Assembly (NCBI RefSeq): GCF_009914755.1
Contig: NC_060931.1
Source: the human T2T-CHM13v2.0 reference genome, Homo sapiens
Length of the DNA stretch: 64,000 nucleotides
Strand: one strand, 5' to 3'
The position numbers were made by a program, and so were the translations under genes. Of the stretch, positions 13,981 through 28,439 are shown piece after piece. The first letter of the stretch is position 1, and every line of letters begins with the position of its first letter. The notes under the pieces are model-generated. The model was given only the letters and a program-made list of their open reading frames with translations, was not told the origin of the DNA and did not search any database.

Positions 13981-15782
13981 TGTGTCTGATAGGCAAAGCT
14001 TCCCTTAAGCTACTTCTGTAGCTCTCCTGAGTTGATGAGAGGTGAAATTACTCAGCAGAATGTGTGGGGTGCTACCAAGATTAATAGTTGCTAACTGAAA
14101 GGTTTGGAGAATGTGACTTCTATTGACTTGAGAATGGATCTGGGTTCTTGAAGTCTAAACCTGGAAATTCTCAAAACCTTATAAGCTGTTATCAGTTTAG
14201 TTATCTGGCCCATGATCTAATTATGCATTTCTTATATTGTCTAGTTTTGTGTCACCTGCAATTCAGTAAGATTGCTTTGGACCCTGTTGTTTAGATTATG
14301 TTTGTAACACCCAATGCAGATAGAATTTTGTGGAATCCAGTTTGTACTTGCCTTAATTGATTTTGGTAACTCTGAAAAAGGCTTTCAAAGAAAAATTTTA
14401 AATAAAATTTTATAGTGAATTACACATACTGAACATGTTTTTAAAAATATCTTGATTACATTTATCATCAATATGAAATGTAATGCAATTCTCATCCTAA
14501 ATATTGATGATATTTAATGTAATTCCATTATTTTGAAAGCTTGGAAAGTCTCTATTTGTGGTGAACAATTAAATGTAGGACCAATGGTTTTAGTAAATAG
14601 ACTAAAAAATATGAAAACCACATAACCCAAGTAGTTATATAATACTAAACAAACTTTCTGAAACATATTTTTAGGGCTATATTCAGTAAAAAATACATGG
14701 AATCAGCAGTTTTTCCATGGATTATTTTTTCTGATGGCTTAATAGTCTGGTCTTTGCATGACTGAAATTATAGTTGGAGTACTGGAATTTACATTGCAGT
14801 AAAATTCCCTTCCTTTGCTGTTCAATGGGTATGGCTTTTAATTAGCTGATGGCTTTTAGTTTTCCTAATGTTATAAAGATTATTCAGTTATTATATATAA
14901 AGTACATAAATAATCGTATTTTAAGCCACATAGAACAAAATTAATTACGATTTTTAAAAATTGAAAAGTAATAATATATTTATTTCACATTAAACATGAA
15001 ATCAATATTATTATATAACCTTGCTCACATAGACAGTATTAGGCCTTAACAATCAATAGTGAGATTCTATCTAACTTTTAACAGTTTGGTGGGGCAGTTC
15101 TTACTAGTCTATAATTGTTAGCCCTTTTTAAAAAGACCCCTTTTAAAGCCCTTTTAAAATCTTTTTTACAGATTTGTTAAGCAGGTGATTTTTAATTGAA
15201 TAACATTGCTTACCTAAATTCAAGTGATAAGGTTAAAATATGCTTCTATTTTGTAGGTTAGCTTGTACTCATTCATGCTACTGGAGATCTAGACTAGCAG
15301 TTTGTTAGGAACAAACTTTGTTTTCAGATATCACTATTCTAATAATGACTAAACTGTACACTTTGGTGTTATCGTTAATATCACATTGGCCTTTGCCAGA
15401 CATATCTATTTCGTCTAAAGACTAGTTTGCCAATTTTACTCCTAACTTTTGTTTGTTTTTGTTTTTGTCATATCTATCTCTTCCTCTCCATTCTTTTCTA
15501 CAGCTGTAGTTTGGCACTTAAACTATCTTTCAATGGGACAAGAATGCTAACCTCTCAGGTAGACTTTCAGACTTTTCCCAGAAAAATATTTGAGTCATGG
15601 TAGAAAGAATCATATTTCAATGCCATTTTGATGTGCCAGTTCAAATACTTCATCTGTCTCTTGAAGCTTGACCTGATTTTTAATTCTTAATTTTATTAAA
15701 ATATAATTTAATGTTTTGTCATTGTTTTCAAGGTTTCCAACTACTTGCACTCTCCCTATCTTCTCTAGGTATATACTCTTTA

Positions 15783-17500
15783 GCAGCACTATCTAATAAA
15801 AATATAATGTAAGTCATATATGTAATTAAAGTTTTTCTTCACATATACCCTGTAATAATCTGAGTCTAATCAAGTACAGAAATCACACAGTAACTTAAAT
15901 AGGGGAAGTTTAATATAAAGAATTATTAAGCTAAGATAAAACTAGGAAGATTTAAAAAGAACTCTAAAAGGTATCCTAGAGCTGAGGAAGAGTAGTCAAG
16001 GAAGGATAACCTTGAAAGTGGGGGACCTCTTTCAGGCTGAGGTCCATACTCCCTGGAAAAAATTATAATTTCAGCTCACTGGACAGCAGACAATTTGCTA
16101 GATTACCTGGGCAAGAGTGATGGTCTACAGTTGCTGAGCAGCAAGGAACAATCCTCGAGGGTGCAATTGTGACAAGCTGAGGCTAGTAGGTGGGTATTCA
16201 GAAAGGGTTGGGGCACTCTTGTGGGTGTGGTGTCTGTATCAGAAGGGTTATGGGAAGGTGATGAGGGCCTGTGCACCCTGGATACATAGTTAGGGATGAG
16301 CACCAACAAATAAATGTCCTCAAGCACCCACATGTGGAGTGATTGTTTATCAGGAACAAGATAAAACCCCAAAGCTCAGCAGTAAGAACCGGGAAGAGAA
16401 GTCTTCTGCATCCTGCAATGTCCCTCTAGCACCTGCAACTGACAAAGCTTAAAATCATATTGCCTATGAAGGAGAAATGTTTAAGAATACAGTTCATTAT
16501 CACAGAGCATGTACATAAGGGTGACTTTGGGACTCAGATGCAATAAATTGATAATGGACACAGCCATATTAGAAAAACTCAGGTGAAATAAATAAATATA
16601 ATATTGAATGCAATTTCACAATGCATTATTTCAGCATTTAACCAATACAGAATTGTTAATGAGATATTTTACTTTTTTAATACTAAGTATTCAAAATTCA
16701 ATGTATATTTTACACCTACAACATAACTTGGACACCAAATTTTCATTGTATATATTTGATGTATATTTAAATTTCATAAAATGTATAGTTGAAAAGGTAG
16801 ATTCATATACTCAAATTATGTCACATTTACTTACCAGTTTTCCAATAACTTAATTGAGAACCCCAAATCATTTTTATTAACATTCAAATGCATATTGATA
16901 AAACTGATTCAGTTATTGGAGGAATTGATAGAACTTTAAAACAAAAGTATATTAATTTCAAGATGGTATCTGTCCAAGTTAAGTAAATTCACTAAATCTT
17001 CAATAACTTCACATTATTAACATTAAATTCAAAAGGGTTTGGTAAAATTGAAAATTATGAATTTATCAATATCGACAAAATGTTCTTCAAAATTTCTTGC
17101 AGTTTTTCAATTTACATAATGCTATCAAACACAATTAAAGTTTTGCATTTAGATCCATGTTAGATAAGTGAATAAAAGCATTATTTTTGATTATAAGATG
17201 AAGTCTGAATTTTAACATGAATTATCATATCTGTTTAGCTAAGTCACAAATAAGCTTTTCCTTTCCTTGGAGGTTCAAATTTAGCTTATTCGTATGCCAT
17301 TTAATATGGCTTATAATTTGATAAAAAAGAAGCCCATCAGAATTTTAAATAAATTATGTTAGCTTGAATTAAAAGGAACAGAGGAATTTTATAACAAGAT
17401 GTATCTAGGTCCTTAACTTTCTGTAGACATGAAGCAGACAAAGTTATTTAGCTCTACACACAGGTGAAGATAGAGCCATGTGTCATGGTAAGCCACTCTC
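15783..17500. mobile_element. hAT-Charlie (MER33/Charlie5-like) element split by an LTR
   Basis: cagcactatctaataaaaatataatgtaagtcatatatgtaat start; resumes at 16561 with agccatatt...atactaagtattcaaaattcaatgtatattttacac. Confidence 0.55.
15851..16560. mobile_element. Solo ERVL-type LTR (LTR41-like)
   Basis: TG...CA-bounded segment of about 710 bp with higher GC, interrupting the Charlie element. Confidence 0.5.
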
Positions 17501-17867
17501 AGGCAACTCAGTCGGCTTTAATTAAGTAACTTTAATGTGTTTAGCTTTGTAATAGATTTGTCATTACTATGAACCTTCCTTCCCTCCTTCTCCCTTTTTG
17601 AATTGGAGCACCCGTTGAAGTTTTCCTGTCTCTTTTCCACCATTGTATGTGAACAGATGCCTTGTTTCCTCATATTGAGGAGAACCATTCTCAAGGAACT
17701 TCTTCCAAGGAACTGTGCCTAGACTCATCTCTACTTAGACCTGATGTAAATGAAATTCTCAACTTGTAGTTGATGCAATAATGAAAGGAGGCTGTTAGGG
17801 GTCTTGAAATGGGTGAAATTCTTTTGTACATGGAGGGATGTGAGTTTCTGTGGCCAGTAGCTAGGCT

Positions 17868-18378
17868 GTGATAGTTAGTCTCCAGAGATCCACAAATTAT
17901 TATTCTCCTCCCTGGATGTACATGCCTCTCTTCCCATTAAGAGGTGGAGCTTATGTTCCCTTCCCATTGAACTTGGGTTGGGACATAATTCCAATGGAAT
18001 GTAGAAGAAGTGATGGTCTAGATTGCAAAGACCAGGATATAAAAGGCCTGAGAGCTTCTTTTTCCTTCTTAAAATTCAGCTTCAATGCTGTGAGCAAGCC
18101 CGTGCTGTTACATCAAGATACACAATTTGAGTGTAATTGAGCCCAGCTGATGTTCCAGGAGATGGTTGGCACCAATTTGTTGGTTATGTGAGTGAACCAA
18201 TATTGAAGTAAATACTCAAGCCTTAGTTAAGACACCCCAGCTGATGCCCCATGGAGTGGAGGCAAGTTGTCTTCTCTGAGGTCTGCCCAAATTGCAAACT
18301 CATGAGCGAACAATTGAGTTCTTTTTAATTCACCAAACTTTGGTGTAATTTTTAAAGCAATAATAAATAACCAAACAC
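17868..18378 (+). mobile_element. MLT1 (MaLR) LTR
   Basis: aagaggtggagcttatgttcccttccc...gcccaaattgcaaactcatgagc...aagcaataataaataaccaaaca. Confidence 0.7.
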
Positions 18379-18424
18379 AATGCTATATATTATTTTTTGG
18401 ATATATACCCTCATACAACAGTTA

Positions 18425-18550
18425 TATGTGTATCTGTATATATCTATATCTATAGATCTGTAATATCTATATCTATATCCATCCATGTCTCTGTCTATGT
18501 CTGTATCTATATTTATATATATCTATTTATATATCTATCTATATGTAATA
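18425..18550. repeat. Degenerate (TCTA)/(TA) low-complexity repeat
   Basis: tatatctatatctata...atctatctatat. Confidence 0.85.
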
Positions 18551-18559
18551 GACACAGAG

Positions 18560-19560
18560 AGATGCCACCCAGATTCCACTTTAAAGAGATTTTGCTGCCC
18601 AACTGCAAGGAATATCAGCAGAGAGCCTCCAGTTGTTAGATCCTTCACAGCAGTGGTCTCCAACCTTTTTGGTACCAGGGACCAGTTTCATGGAACGCAG
18701 CTTTTCTGTGGACCAGGCATAGGACAGATGGTTTTGGGATGATTCAAGCACTTTACATTTATTGTGCACATTATTTCTATTATTATTACATTGTAATATA
18801 TAATGAGATTTCTATATTGTTCTATTATATTCTGCTACTCTATTTCTATTATTATTACATCATCATATATAATGAAACAGTTATGCAACTCACCATAATG
18901 TAGAATCACTGAGAGCCCTGATCTTGTTTTTCTGCAGCTAGATTGTCTAATGTGGGGACAATGGGAGACAGTGACAAATCACCAGGCATTAGATTCTCCT
19001 AAGGAGCACGCAACCTAAATCCTTTGCATGCACAGTTCACAATAGAGTTTGCGCTCCTATGAGAATCTAATGCTGCCAGTGATTTGAGAGGCGGCAGAGC
19101 TCAGGTAATGCAAGTGATGATGAATGGCTGTAAATACAGGTGAAGCTTTGCTCGCTCACCCACTGCTCACCTCCTGCTGTGCAGCCTGGTACCTAATAGG
19201 CCATGGCCAGTACTAGTCCATGGCCCAGAGGTTAGGGACACCCTGCTTTAGAGTTTTCCATAGTGCAGGGGCCCATCTTGCTTGAGGTTATGCTCTTTCT
19301 GTGGCATCCCACACCTAGTGATTGAATGAGGAGGGCCAGGTTATTTTAGCCCAATGAAGGATATTCTTTTGGATAATATTCCATCCAGAACTCCCTGCCG
19401 GGTTGACCTAGCCTTTGTTGAGCCTGCACCCCAGTGACTTCTTCCTCTGCCCAACCCTACTCTCTCTCCACTCCCTTGATAGACATTGGTCCTTAAAAAA
19501 TATTTTACATCCAATATTCTGTCTCAACATTTGCCTTCACAGGACCCAACCTTCAACAAT
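18560..19560. mobile_element. LTR16-like LTR interrupted by MER1A
   Basis: gatgccacccagattcc... resumes after 19245; ends tgtctcaacatttgccttcacaggacccaacct. Confidence 0.5.
18651..19245. mobile_element. MER1A-like hAT DNA transposon
   Basis: Termini cagtggtctccaacc / ggttagggacaccctg; imperfect 8-bp TSD cttcacag / ctttagag. Confidence 0.85.
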
Positions 19561-20802
19561 ACCTGTATATCTATATCTACTCAATTTACTTAAAAACATT
19601 GATTAGATGCATATCAGATTTATGATTTTACCATAGCTTTTTTTTTTGACGAAATAAATGGGAAGAAAGGAGTAGGAGGGGAATATAAAGAATTTCACCT
19701 TAGCTTTAGGTTTTAATTTGCAAATCTGAAACAAACATGAAACATTTAATATTTGGCATGTACATGGATTTTGGTTCCATTATCATTTGTACTTTTTCTT
19801 GGTCTTTGATTAATTTTATAAAACGTCTATTTTGCACAGATCTGGTTGTTTCTTAGGTTTCTCTACTTAGCATTATGTTTTTTAAGACATATGTATGTTA
19901 CTATTTTTATATGCATACAATATTTTCCCTGTTTCTGCATGTAGTTTATAGTGTGCAAATCCACATTTTTATCTATCTCCTTTCCCAGTGGTGGACTCAC
20001 AGATCTCCAGCTTCTCATCATAACAAACAATCATTTTACCACTTCCCTTGTAGATAGGGTCATAAATTTTATTCAGCATGAAACAGGTCAGTAAACGCTG
20101 TATTTGAGATAGGCTACATTAGTATATGTAACTTTAAAGACTCATGTCCTTTTTCTCTCCCTGACAATTTAAATTAAAGGCCATAGGAAGAAACCTTTTA
20201 ATCCCAAATTAAGGGGCCACTGATTTTCCCACAGACTTACTAATGAAGTGAATCAAGCCATTATGGTGTATTTTAAATTCTGTGTGAATATTGAGTGTTG
20301 TTTATGTAGTCGTTAAAAAGTACTTATGGAAAGAAAAATTCTCCCATGCAAGTATATGAAAATTGTTGATATTGTTATGAACTCATTTGAAAGTAGCGTA
20401 TTATTTGCTTGCAGTCTGTCATAACTTCTTACCTAAAAAATACTTGTAAGTACTATGAAAGAATTACCATTTTCTGCCCTGTCATCATGAATCTTGGCAT
20501 CTTTGACAATTCATCTCATTTGAGTTGAAATTATGAATCATAAATAATACCATCTATCAAATTTTCAGTCTCATGGCTAACATGAATAACCAACTTGGAC
20601 ACTGGTCAACATTATGTACTAGTTGTAACCTAACTAAAGTTTAAATTTCTAACAGAATATAAATTACTTTCTCCTTATGAACAATGATTAAGCATATTGA
20701 ATGATGACACTTTTTTACTTCACTGCTTTAGAAATTTGGAATGTTAAAAAAATTGTTTTTCAAAATAAAATTTAAGATTGTTTTTATTTCCAGCTGAGAG
20801 CT

Positions 20803-21350
20803 ATGTATGGTCAATTAGAGGTGCCCACAAATTATTTAACGTACTTCTCATGGAGAGGTAGTGTCTATGCCTTACCTCTTGAATCTGAGGAGTTTCTGAT
20901 ATCTTTGGTCAATAGAATATGATAGTGTGACATTGTGTATGTTTCTAAGCCCACCTATTAAGAATTAGTGGCAGTTAGTTTTCAATTCTAACCTCTTGGA
21001 ATGCTCATTCTGAGGGCAGCCAGCTTCCAGGTAAGAAATCTGACTATGCTGGGAGGGCCATGCTATGGAAAAGCCTAGGCCAGTCACATGGATAGCCACT
21101 TGGAGAAAGATGTCTAGTCAACTCCTTGCTGTTCCAACCATTTCAGTACAGGCATCAGACGTGTGGGTAAAAAAGACTTCAGATGAACCTAGACCCAGCC
21201 ACTATCTGACTGTAATCAAATGAGAGACCCCAAACAAGAATGAGTCAGCTGAGCTCAGTTGACGCATAGAATGATGTGAGATAATGAATTGTTGTTTTAT
21301 GCCATTAAGTTTTGGGGTGATTGATATGAAGCATTTGACAACAGGTACAC
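20803..21350 (+). mobile_element. MLT1 (MaLR) LTR
   Basis: cccacaaattattt...tggtcaatagaatatg...tgagagaccccaaac...ttgttttatgccattaagttttggggtg. Confidence 0.75.
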
Positions 21351-21879
21351 TTCATCTCCACATTGTTACTCAGGATTATAAGATGTTATGGTAATTATGC
21401 AAAAATAAAATCTATCAATGGGGGTCATGTGATCTTTTTCACTAAGAGTTTGTGTCTATCTGTGATACTGAGATGAAAAGCAGGAGGAAACAGGAAATGG
21501 TGTGTAGTTTCTGAATGTTTAAAGATTGGACTGTGTTTGAAACTTACTACTGCAGTGATCTATTGGCCAAAGAAGACAAGAAAGAAAAAGAGACACATAT
21601 GTTTGCAACTGAGGATAAGGTTAATGAGTCTGAAAGTGATTAAGAGTAATGAGAGATTGTTAGAGCGCTAAAGAGTGTTTTTTTTCCCAGAAACTCTTTC
21701 GTCGTCCCCACAGAGAACATTTAGCATTTCTCTGAGGGACTATACAGACTTGGGAAATTATTATTTTGTAATTGAATCTACACTCCTATCTATTTGGAAC
21801 TGTGGATATGTTATCAGAGTATATGAAAATTTATCTCTGAATATTTGTATATTTTCCACGTTCTATCTTTGAGTCCTGG

Positions 21880-22085
21880 ATCTGTACTTACGAGACTTGT
21901 AATCTCCAGCAAACAACCTAGATCACTGACCTTCAGTATTTTAATCTGTAAATGAAGATAATGACTGAAACCAATTCAGAAGTCTTTATTGTGAAGAACA
22001 CATGAAAGACGGCATGAAAAACTCAGGAGAATGTCTAGCAGGCACTCAATTCTCAAAGTTATTACTATGATTAATATTACTATTA
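21880..22085 (+). mobile_element. MIR fragment
   Basis: cttcagtattttaatctgtaaatgaagataat...aggcactcaat...tattactat. Confidence 0.55.
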
Positions 22086-22599
22086 TGCCCATTTAAATGA
22101 TAATAGATAATGAAAAGTAGCAGCAAGGCAGATTGTTTAGAAAATGGCTAAGTTCACTGTTTCTCTATTTTCAAGCAAACTTCAGCAGGGCAAAAGTTCC
22201 AGCGGAACCCTACTCCTTCCCCATTGCTATTTGTCCTGAAGATCTGGCATAATATTTTCATAAGTAAGTGACTGTTGAGACAACAATGTAAAATGTCCAT
22301 TCTGGATTTCTATTTTTAAAAAATACATTAAGTCTACATTTCAGAAGAACATATGCCATGCAATATAGACTAGAGGAGGATAAATAATTCCTTGCCTAAG
22401 ATGGAGCTAAGTAATGAATAGTGCGAGTTGAGCTGTGATAATATTTCCTTCTTGGAGCAGTGGAAATGAGAAGAAATAAAAACAATTCTTCATGATCTGG
22501 AGATTTTTTACCTCTCATTATTAATTTTTTCCATTTATTGCCTTAGAGCCCTCATTTTCTGCATGTGCATATATATACTTGCTGTACTTTCTCATCTCC

Positions 22600-22930
22600 G
22601 GGAAGTCACACATCTTTCTCCCAGGATCACTCACTTCTTTCCCCTTCTCTGACTAAGCCTAATGTTCATTTTTCTAGTCTCAGAGTAGAAATCACTCTGG
22701 GATGTCTGCTCTGATCCACTAAAATAGGTGTCCTCTTTCTTAATGTTTCTGTGGCTACCTGAACTTTGTTCAAACTAATACGTCTTACAGTATACTGAAA
22801 AATTTGGTATATTTGTCTCTTTCAAATAGACTGTAAGCTGCTAAAAAGAAGTAACTCTTTTGTTTTCATTGGTATGTACATTGCTTGGCATACAGAAGGT
22901 ACTTAAAAAATGTTTGTTAATTAATGATTA
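22600..22930 (+). mobile_element. L2 3' end
   Basis: tagactgtaagctg...cttggcatacagaaggtacttaaaaaatgtttgttaattaatga. Confidence 0.6.
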
Positions 22931-25900
22931 AAGACATGCTAAAGTCAGAGGGTCAAATCTGTTGAGGAAAGAGAGCATGCTGCATGGTGACTCTGACTTT
23001 TGCCCAATGACCCTCATCCAGTGACCTTTTGGAGATAACTGAATTTTACATTATTTCCTTCTTTTTATTTACTTTAGCTTTTGCATTGTTATATTTTTCT
23101 ACTTTTCATCACACTTTATTTAAGGGCTTGAGTTTTCTCTCTAAGTAAAACATTGACCTGTTTTTATTTTTTAATCAAAAAGATTGACTTTACATTTGAA
23201 GGAATAATGGTGGCGATTTTCATTGCAAACGTGGATGTTTCCTTAACACACATTAAGACCATATCACACTCTATAGTATTGCAAAAAGGAAGGTGACCTG
23301 TTTTCAAAGGTAATAAATAGTTTTAACAACAAAGGACGTAAACACCTCATGAAACAAAAAGTCTCTAGTCATATGAATGACTTGTGGCTAAATATTTCAA
23401 CAGGATCAACCTTTGCTTCTTTGATCTTTAAATTTTTACCTTTGAATGTCCACACCTGGCACCTGCAGTAAAATGCACAGCATCTGGATTAAAGAATGCA
23501 AATAACATCCATTCAGGCACATCTTTAAGAATAACTGCTTGAAAATAAATTGATTTGGACTGCAGGAAAAACTTTCCATGATTTTTGGGGTCAACCTTAA
23601 CTTTCTTTTTTAGATGGACCTATTATTCCTCCTTTTTTGGTACTGAGTAGGATCATTTACTATTCTCAACTTTTAATACTAAAGAGTGTTATTAGCCTAG
23701 TTTATTTGTAAGAATGACGAGTTTTGCTTCTTAAAGTTTCCGTGTAACTTTCTGCTTCAAACAGATTTATAAAGGCAGGAGAGAATTATTAATTAGCAAG
23801 ATATCTAAATATTTTCTTTATGCTATTTATTGTCTGGAAATTTTATGTCCTTTGGGAAAATGTAAAAATTTGAAACCCGGAGAAAGACTGTTTTTTTAAT
23901 TGTACATCATCATGACTTATTTTCCCAAAGCTTTCATGGAAGAGGAGTTAGGAAAAATACAGGAATTGGCAATAAAACGAAAACAAAAACAGAGAAAGAC
24001 AAATATTAATTTATTATTTATAATTAAGTAATGTGGATATTTAAATCCACAATATATCTCAGTACTTTGAGGCAAAATATTTCTGAGACCGTTTTATGTT
24101 AAATAGACAACCCTGTGCCTTAGCGTTCTAAGAAAGCTAGTAGATCATGCTCTCTTTAAGTGGATTATTAAACATGCCTTTAAAATATAATAAAAATGTA
24201 ATAAAATCAGTATAATAAAAGTGACTTTAGGCTAGTCAAGCAATTTATAACATATTAATAGCCATAGGTTTTTTCATTGAAAGCTATTTGGTTATTAGGC
24301 ATTCATATGTGATTGATCCAATTGAGTTATGAATTTTTATTTCTATTTCCTTCTATCTTTAAAGAAGACACATTAAGAAAATATATTCAAAGTGAATAAA
24401 ATTATATACAATTAAAATTTATTAATTCATACAATGCTTTAGTTCCTGTTAATTTCCCCCCTACCCCTATTCATCTAGATATCCAGATGTTTGATGTTAC
24501 CTATGGTTGTATGAAAGCTCTGATCTGAAATCCTATGGCTTACTGGATTACCCTTTACCCACATGGTTTAAATTAATAATAAAAAAATGAGCCAGGGCAA
24601 TCTTGCAACAAAAGAACAAGACTTTATTGTATAACAGAATTGCAGATGTGGAAAGGTGCTCATAATAAAGACAGAATATTTCTGTTTCATAGAGCATCTG
24701 GAATGCCACAGGATCTCTAAGTTATCAGGAGCTAATGTTAGACAGCCTCGGTTTGTGATTAATTTAATATTCAGAGAAACTTTTTTTAAAGCCTTGTGCC
24801 ATTCATCATCATAATGTCATTTTTGCAATCCTAAAATGATTTACAAAGTCAACTCCTCACCCCCCAATTTCTAAAACAATATTAAGACATCAAAAAGTTT
24901 CAGATACAAACTTCAAAGGGCAGCCAAGTCAGAGATTTCTGCCTAAGACAGTTTAGATCATTTAATATCCTCTGGTTTTCCTAGGATAAAATTACAGCCT
25001 ATAGAATTCTTGGAATCTGGCTAAGGAAGTATTATGTAATAGAGCACAGCAATTTTGGGGACACTGGCAAAGACTACACAGAGAAGGAGATGCCATCTTT
25101 TCAATTTATCAACCTTTCAGTGAGTGCTTGTGAAATACTAGAGGCATAAGAAGTTATCCCTGTGTAAATAGCAAGCTCTGATAACTAGAGAAAGGTTTGT
25201 GTGTAAAGCTCAGGATGACATTCATTTAAGGACACTTACTTTCTTCTTTGCAGTCACATCACACTACAGTGAAGCTTCGACTCAAGGTGGAAGGTGATGC
25301 CTCATAAATGAGGTGGGAACAGATGACAGGAACTCATTCTGGCACAGCCACAAAGGGAATGTGTCCAGTCACTGTGGTTTTCTAGGGACAACTGTGACTT
25401 CTGGTTGCTTTTGCAGCAACATGATGTGGCATGCAAGAATTACAACGCACATAATTTTGGCGGCAGGAACCACCCTGTGTGTAACCACCAAGTCTCTCTG
25501 AGGCAATTTAGCGTTTTCTAGAAAAAACACATTCAGCTTGAGGTTCAGCTGGTAAAAGAAAAGACATGCGAAACAAATGTTAGTGTTCTGACTAAACCAA
25601 CATAAGTGATTATTATAGAAAATGACCTGTTACAGAGGACTTTCCACCCCAGACATGTGCTACCAGAAAGGTGAGCATGTTATAGATTGTGATGTGCTTA
25701 AAGCAACATGGATCACTCTCAGTAATATATATACACACATATATATAAATGTTACATATACGATATATTTTATATATATATATTAGACAAGATTTGGTTA
25801 TTCAAGGCTATACTATTGATCTAATAGTCGGCGTTGTTTCTGGGCCTTAAATTGGCAGCAAATCATACAAAGTGCCTTAAGGTTCTCATAATTTAGATAG

Positions 25901-28439
25901 ATAAACAACAATAACAAGGAGAAATTATAGGAAAAAATTTTTGGAAAGTTACTTTTCATAATTTTAAATTTGATTTAAAAATTTAAGTGTGTATTATTCC
26001 TAACTTCACTGTCTCGTGCATGTGCCCAAAAGTGTCAGTAGCCTTAGGCCAAAAGAGCATGATTTAAAGTGATTAAAGTGTGAGATCTGCTTAAATATTT
26101 AATGCATCTAGACCTTAGGAAACCAGAGTCACTTTGTAGATATATTTCAAGGTGGCATAACTAAATAGATTCAAGCACTTATTAGTTCAAGCTGCATTTT
26201 ATACTGTTTCTAACATGTGTTGATCCTCCCAGTTTATTTTCACTTCATATTTTACATTCAGATATGCTATTCCATCAGAATGTGGCTACTCTTTATTGCT
26301 TTTAAGGGTTTGGGAGCATAACTCTCTGTTTTAGCATAAAGTCTTGAATAAATTGCCCTATGTTGTATTTTTGGGTTCATATTCTTCTTTAGATTCTCCC
26401 AAGAAGTTATGTAGAATTTCTTTGTGTATGAAATGTTTAAAATAAAGGAAACCATGACCACATATTCAAAGTTGTAATAGGCTTAACCATAACATCAGCA
26501 TAACTTTTCACACTTTTTTCCATGGTATTTCCTTGTCTATTCTCATTTTAAAGATAAGTAAAAGCTGGAAAAGTAGTTATAGGTAAAGGATAGAAGCATA
26601 TTTAAGATTAGAAAGTAGGATAAAGAGGTGGAATATATCAAAATAAGGTTAAAAGATCCAAAATAGGGAGGTGGTGACTGAGCTATGTTTGGAGATATGT
26701 GTATGCTTTACCTAAAAAAATTAAAACTATGATGTCATAATAATAGTGGATAGAACAGAAGTGTGCGAAAAAAATGAATATGACTTCACGGAGATTATCA
26801 GTGACAAAATGTTACCCCTTTGCTTTTTGGTTGACAATCTTTCCACCCGTTTATTCTGTATCTGCCAACGTCTAGATTATTTTATTTTAAAACATTATTT
26901 TACCTTTTTATTTAGGTCACACACTAATGGTTCACAGGGACTGAGTAGTAGTGAATGGGTAAAAGTGTCCTATTGAAAATTAGGGACAAAAGAAAGCACT
27001 CATTCCTAGTAAACTGTGCAGCTACTACGTCAATTCTCTCCACTTACTGATATGAGGGAATATGAGGTCTGTGTAGCTACAGCTAAATCCTTAGCACATC
27101 AGTAAGAAAGCAAAAATTTATTTTCCTACTTAAAAAAACTAGAAAAAATTAAAAGCGAACATAAAACCGTAATATGTCATTATTCCAGGTATTTTCAAAT
27201 TAAGAGAAAACCTAAATAAATCACAGGGAAATCATAATTTTGTGCATGTCTATAAGAGAGGATATATAGTAAGATACGCATTTCTTTTTTGCAAACCAAA
27301 AACCGTCAGGATGTAGAACCATATGAGGCCCTGGAATTCCAGAGAGAGAGAATTAAGACTTTATATTTTCTTGATTCTATCTGTTCTTCTCACTTTGTCA
27401 GTTTTCGCTCTTTACGTCTGGCTGCTGTGCACAACTGAACAACGTTAGGCTACAGGCGGTATAAGAACCATAATGCCTTCCACTGTCAGATTTTTAAAAC
27501 TTTTATGTATGCTATTAAAGCAAAAAGATGGAAATTTAAGCAATTACATTAAGGTGGCTTCTCAGGCACTGTCTTCTGCATTTATACAGGTTTTTCTCTG
27601 GAAGTATGTTATTAGTTGTCTGAATTCCAGTTAGATTATGTGTGTCAAACTGAACAGCCACTGACAAGAGTATGTATATAAAATGCAAATATTTGATTTT
27701 TAGGTAGTGTTTAGCAATATTTGCTGTGTCTTTTTGTAGGAGATTGTTGTAGCCTTTACTACCTGTAAGACAGTTTGAGGCCACACCTTTTAAAAGTCAG
27801 TTTAGGAGCCCCTTAATAAAGAATTTAGGCAATGTTACCTGTTTGTTGGATATTCAGCTGGTATATGTATTGTGGCAAATCATTAGGACTTCTATGAATC
27901 ATATGGCCTCTAATATAGAGGATTTATACATTGTTTTAGATTAGACTAATTTTTTTTCATGGAGAATTATGCCCTTTTTTTCCAATAAGTAAAAGCATTT
28001 TATGCACAAGGAAATATGGTGGTGGCATATAAAATGTGGAAAGACCACAGGAAAAAATTATCTTTCAGATTAGATATATCTCTTTTTTTAGCTTATTAAG
28101 AAAAATTTAATCTTGGAGACCTAAAAATACACTAGATCTATTCTTGCTCACAAAAAGATTGTAATCCAACGAGAGAAACAGAAATAAACATCTTTGCTTA
28201 CAATGGTAACTATAGCTAGTGAGTATAGATGCCTCAAAGATTTGTGGAAGTAGATGGTTAAAATAATAATTACAATAGACTATGAAGTGTTTTATAATTA
28301 ATATCACTTTTCTGAATATGTTTGGGATAAATGCTGGATAGTAGGGTTGTAGAAGAGGTGGAGACTAATTGTTTTGAGGAAGTTAACACTGAAACTATTT
28401 TTTAAGGCTAGTCAATTGAAACAGTGGGTGTGAAACTTT

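Noticed and set aside
15120-15170. Short repeated CCCTTTTAAA units resembling an array
   Set aside because: Local slippage repeat without spacers; no CRISPR-like structure in this eukaryotic DNA.
28422-28436. 15-mer CAGTGGGTGTGAAAC also present near 50850
   Set aside because: One or two such matches are expected by chance in 64 kb.
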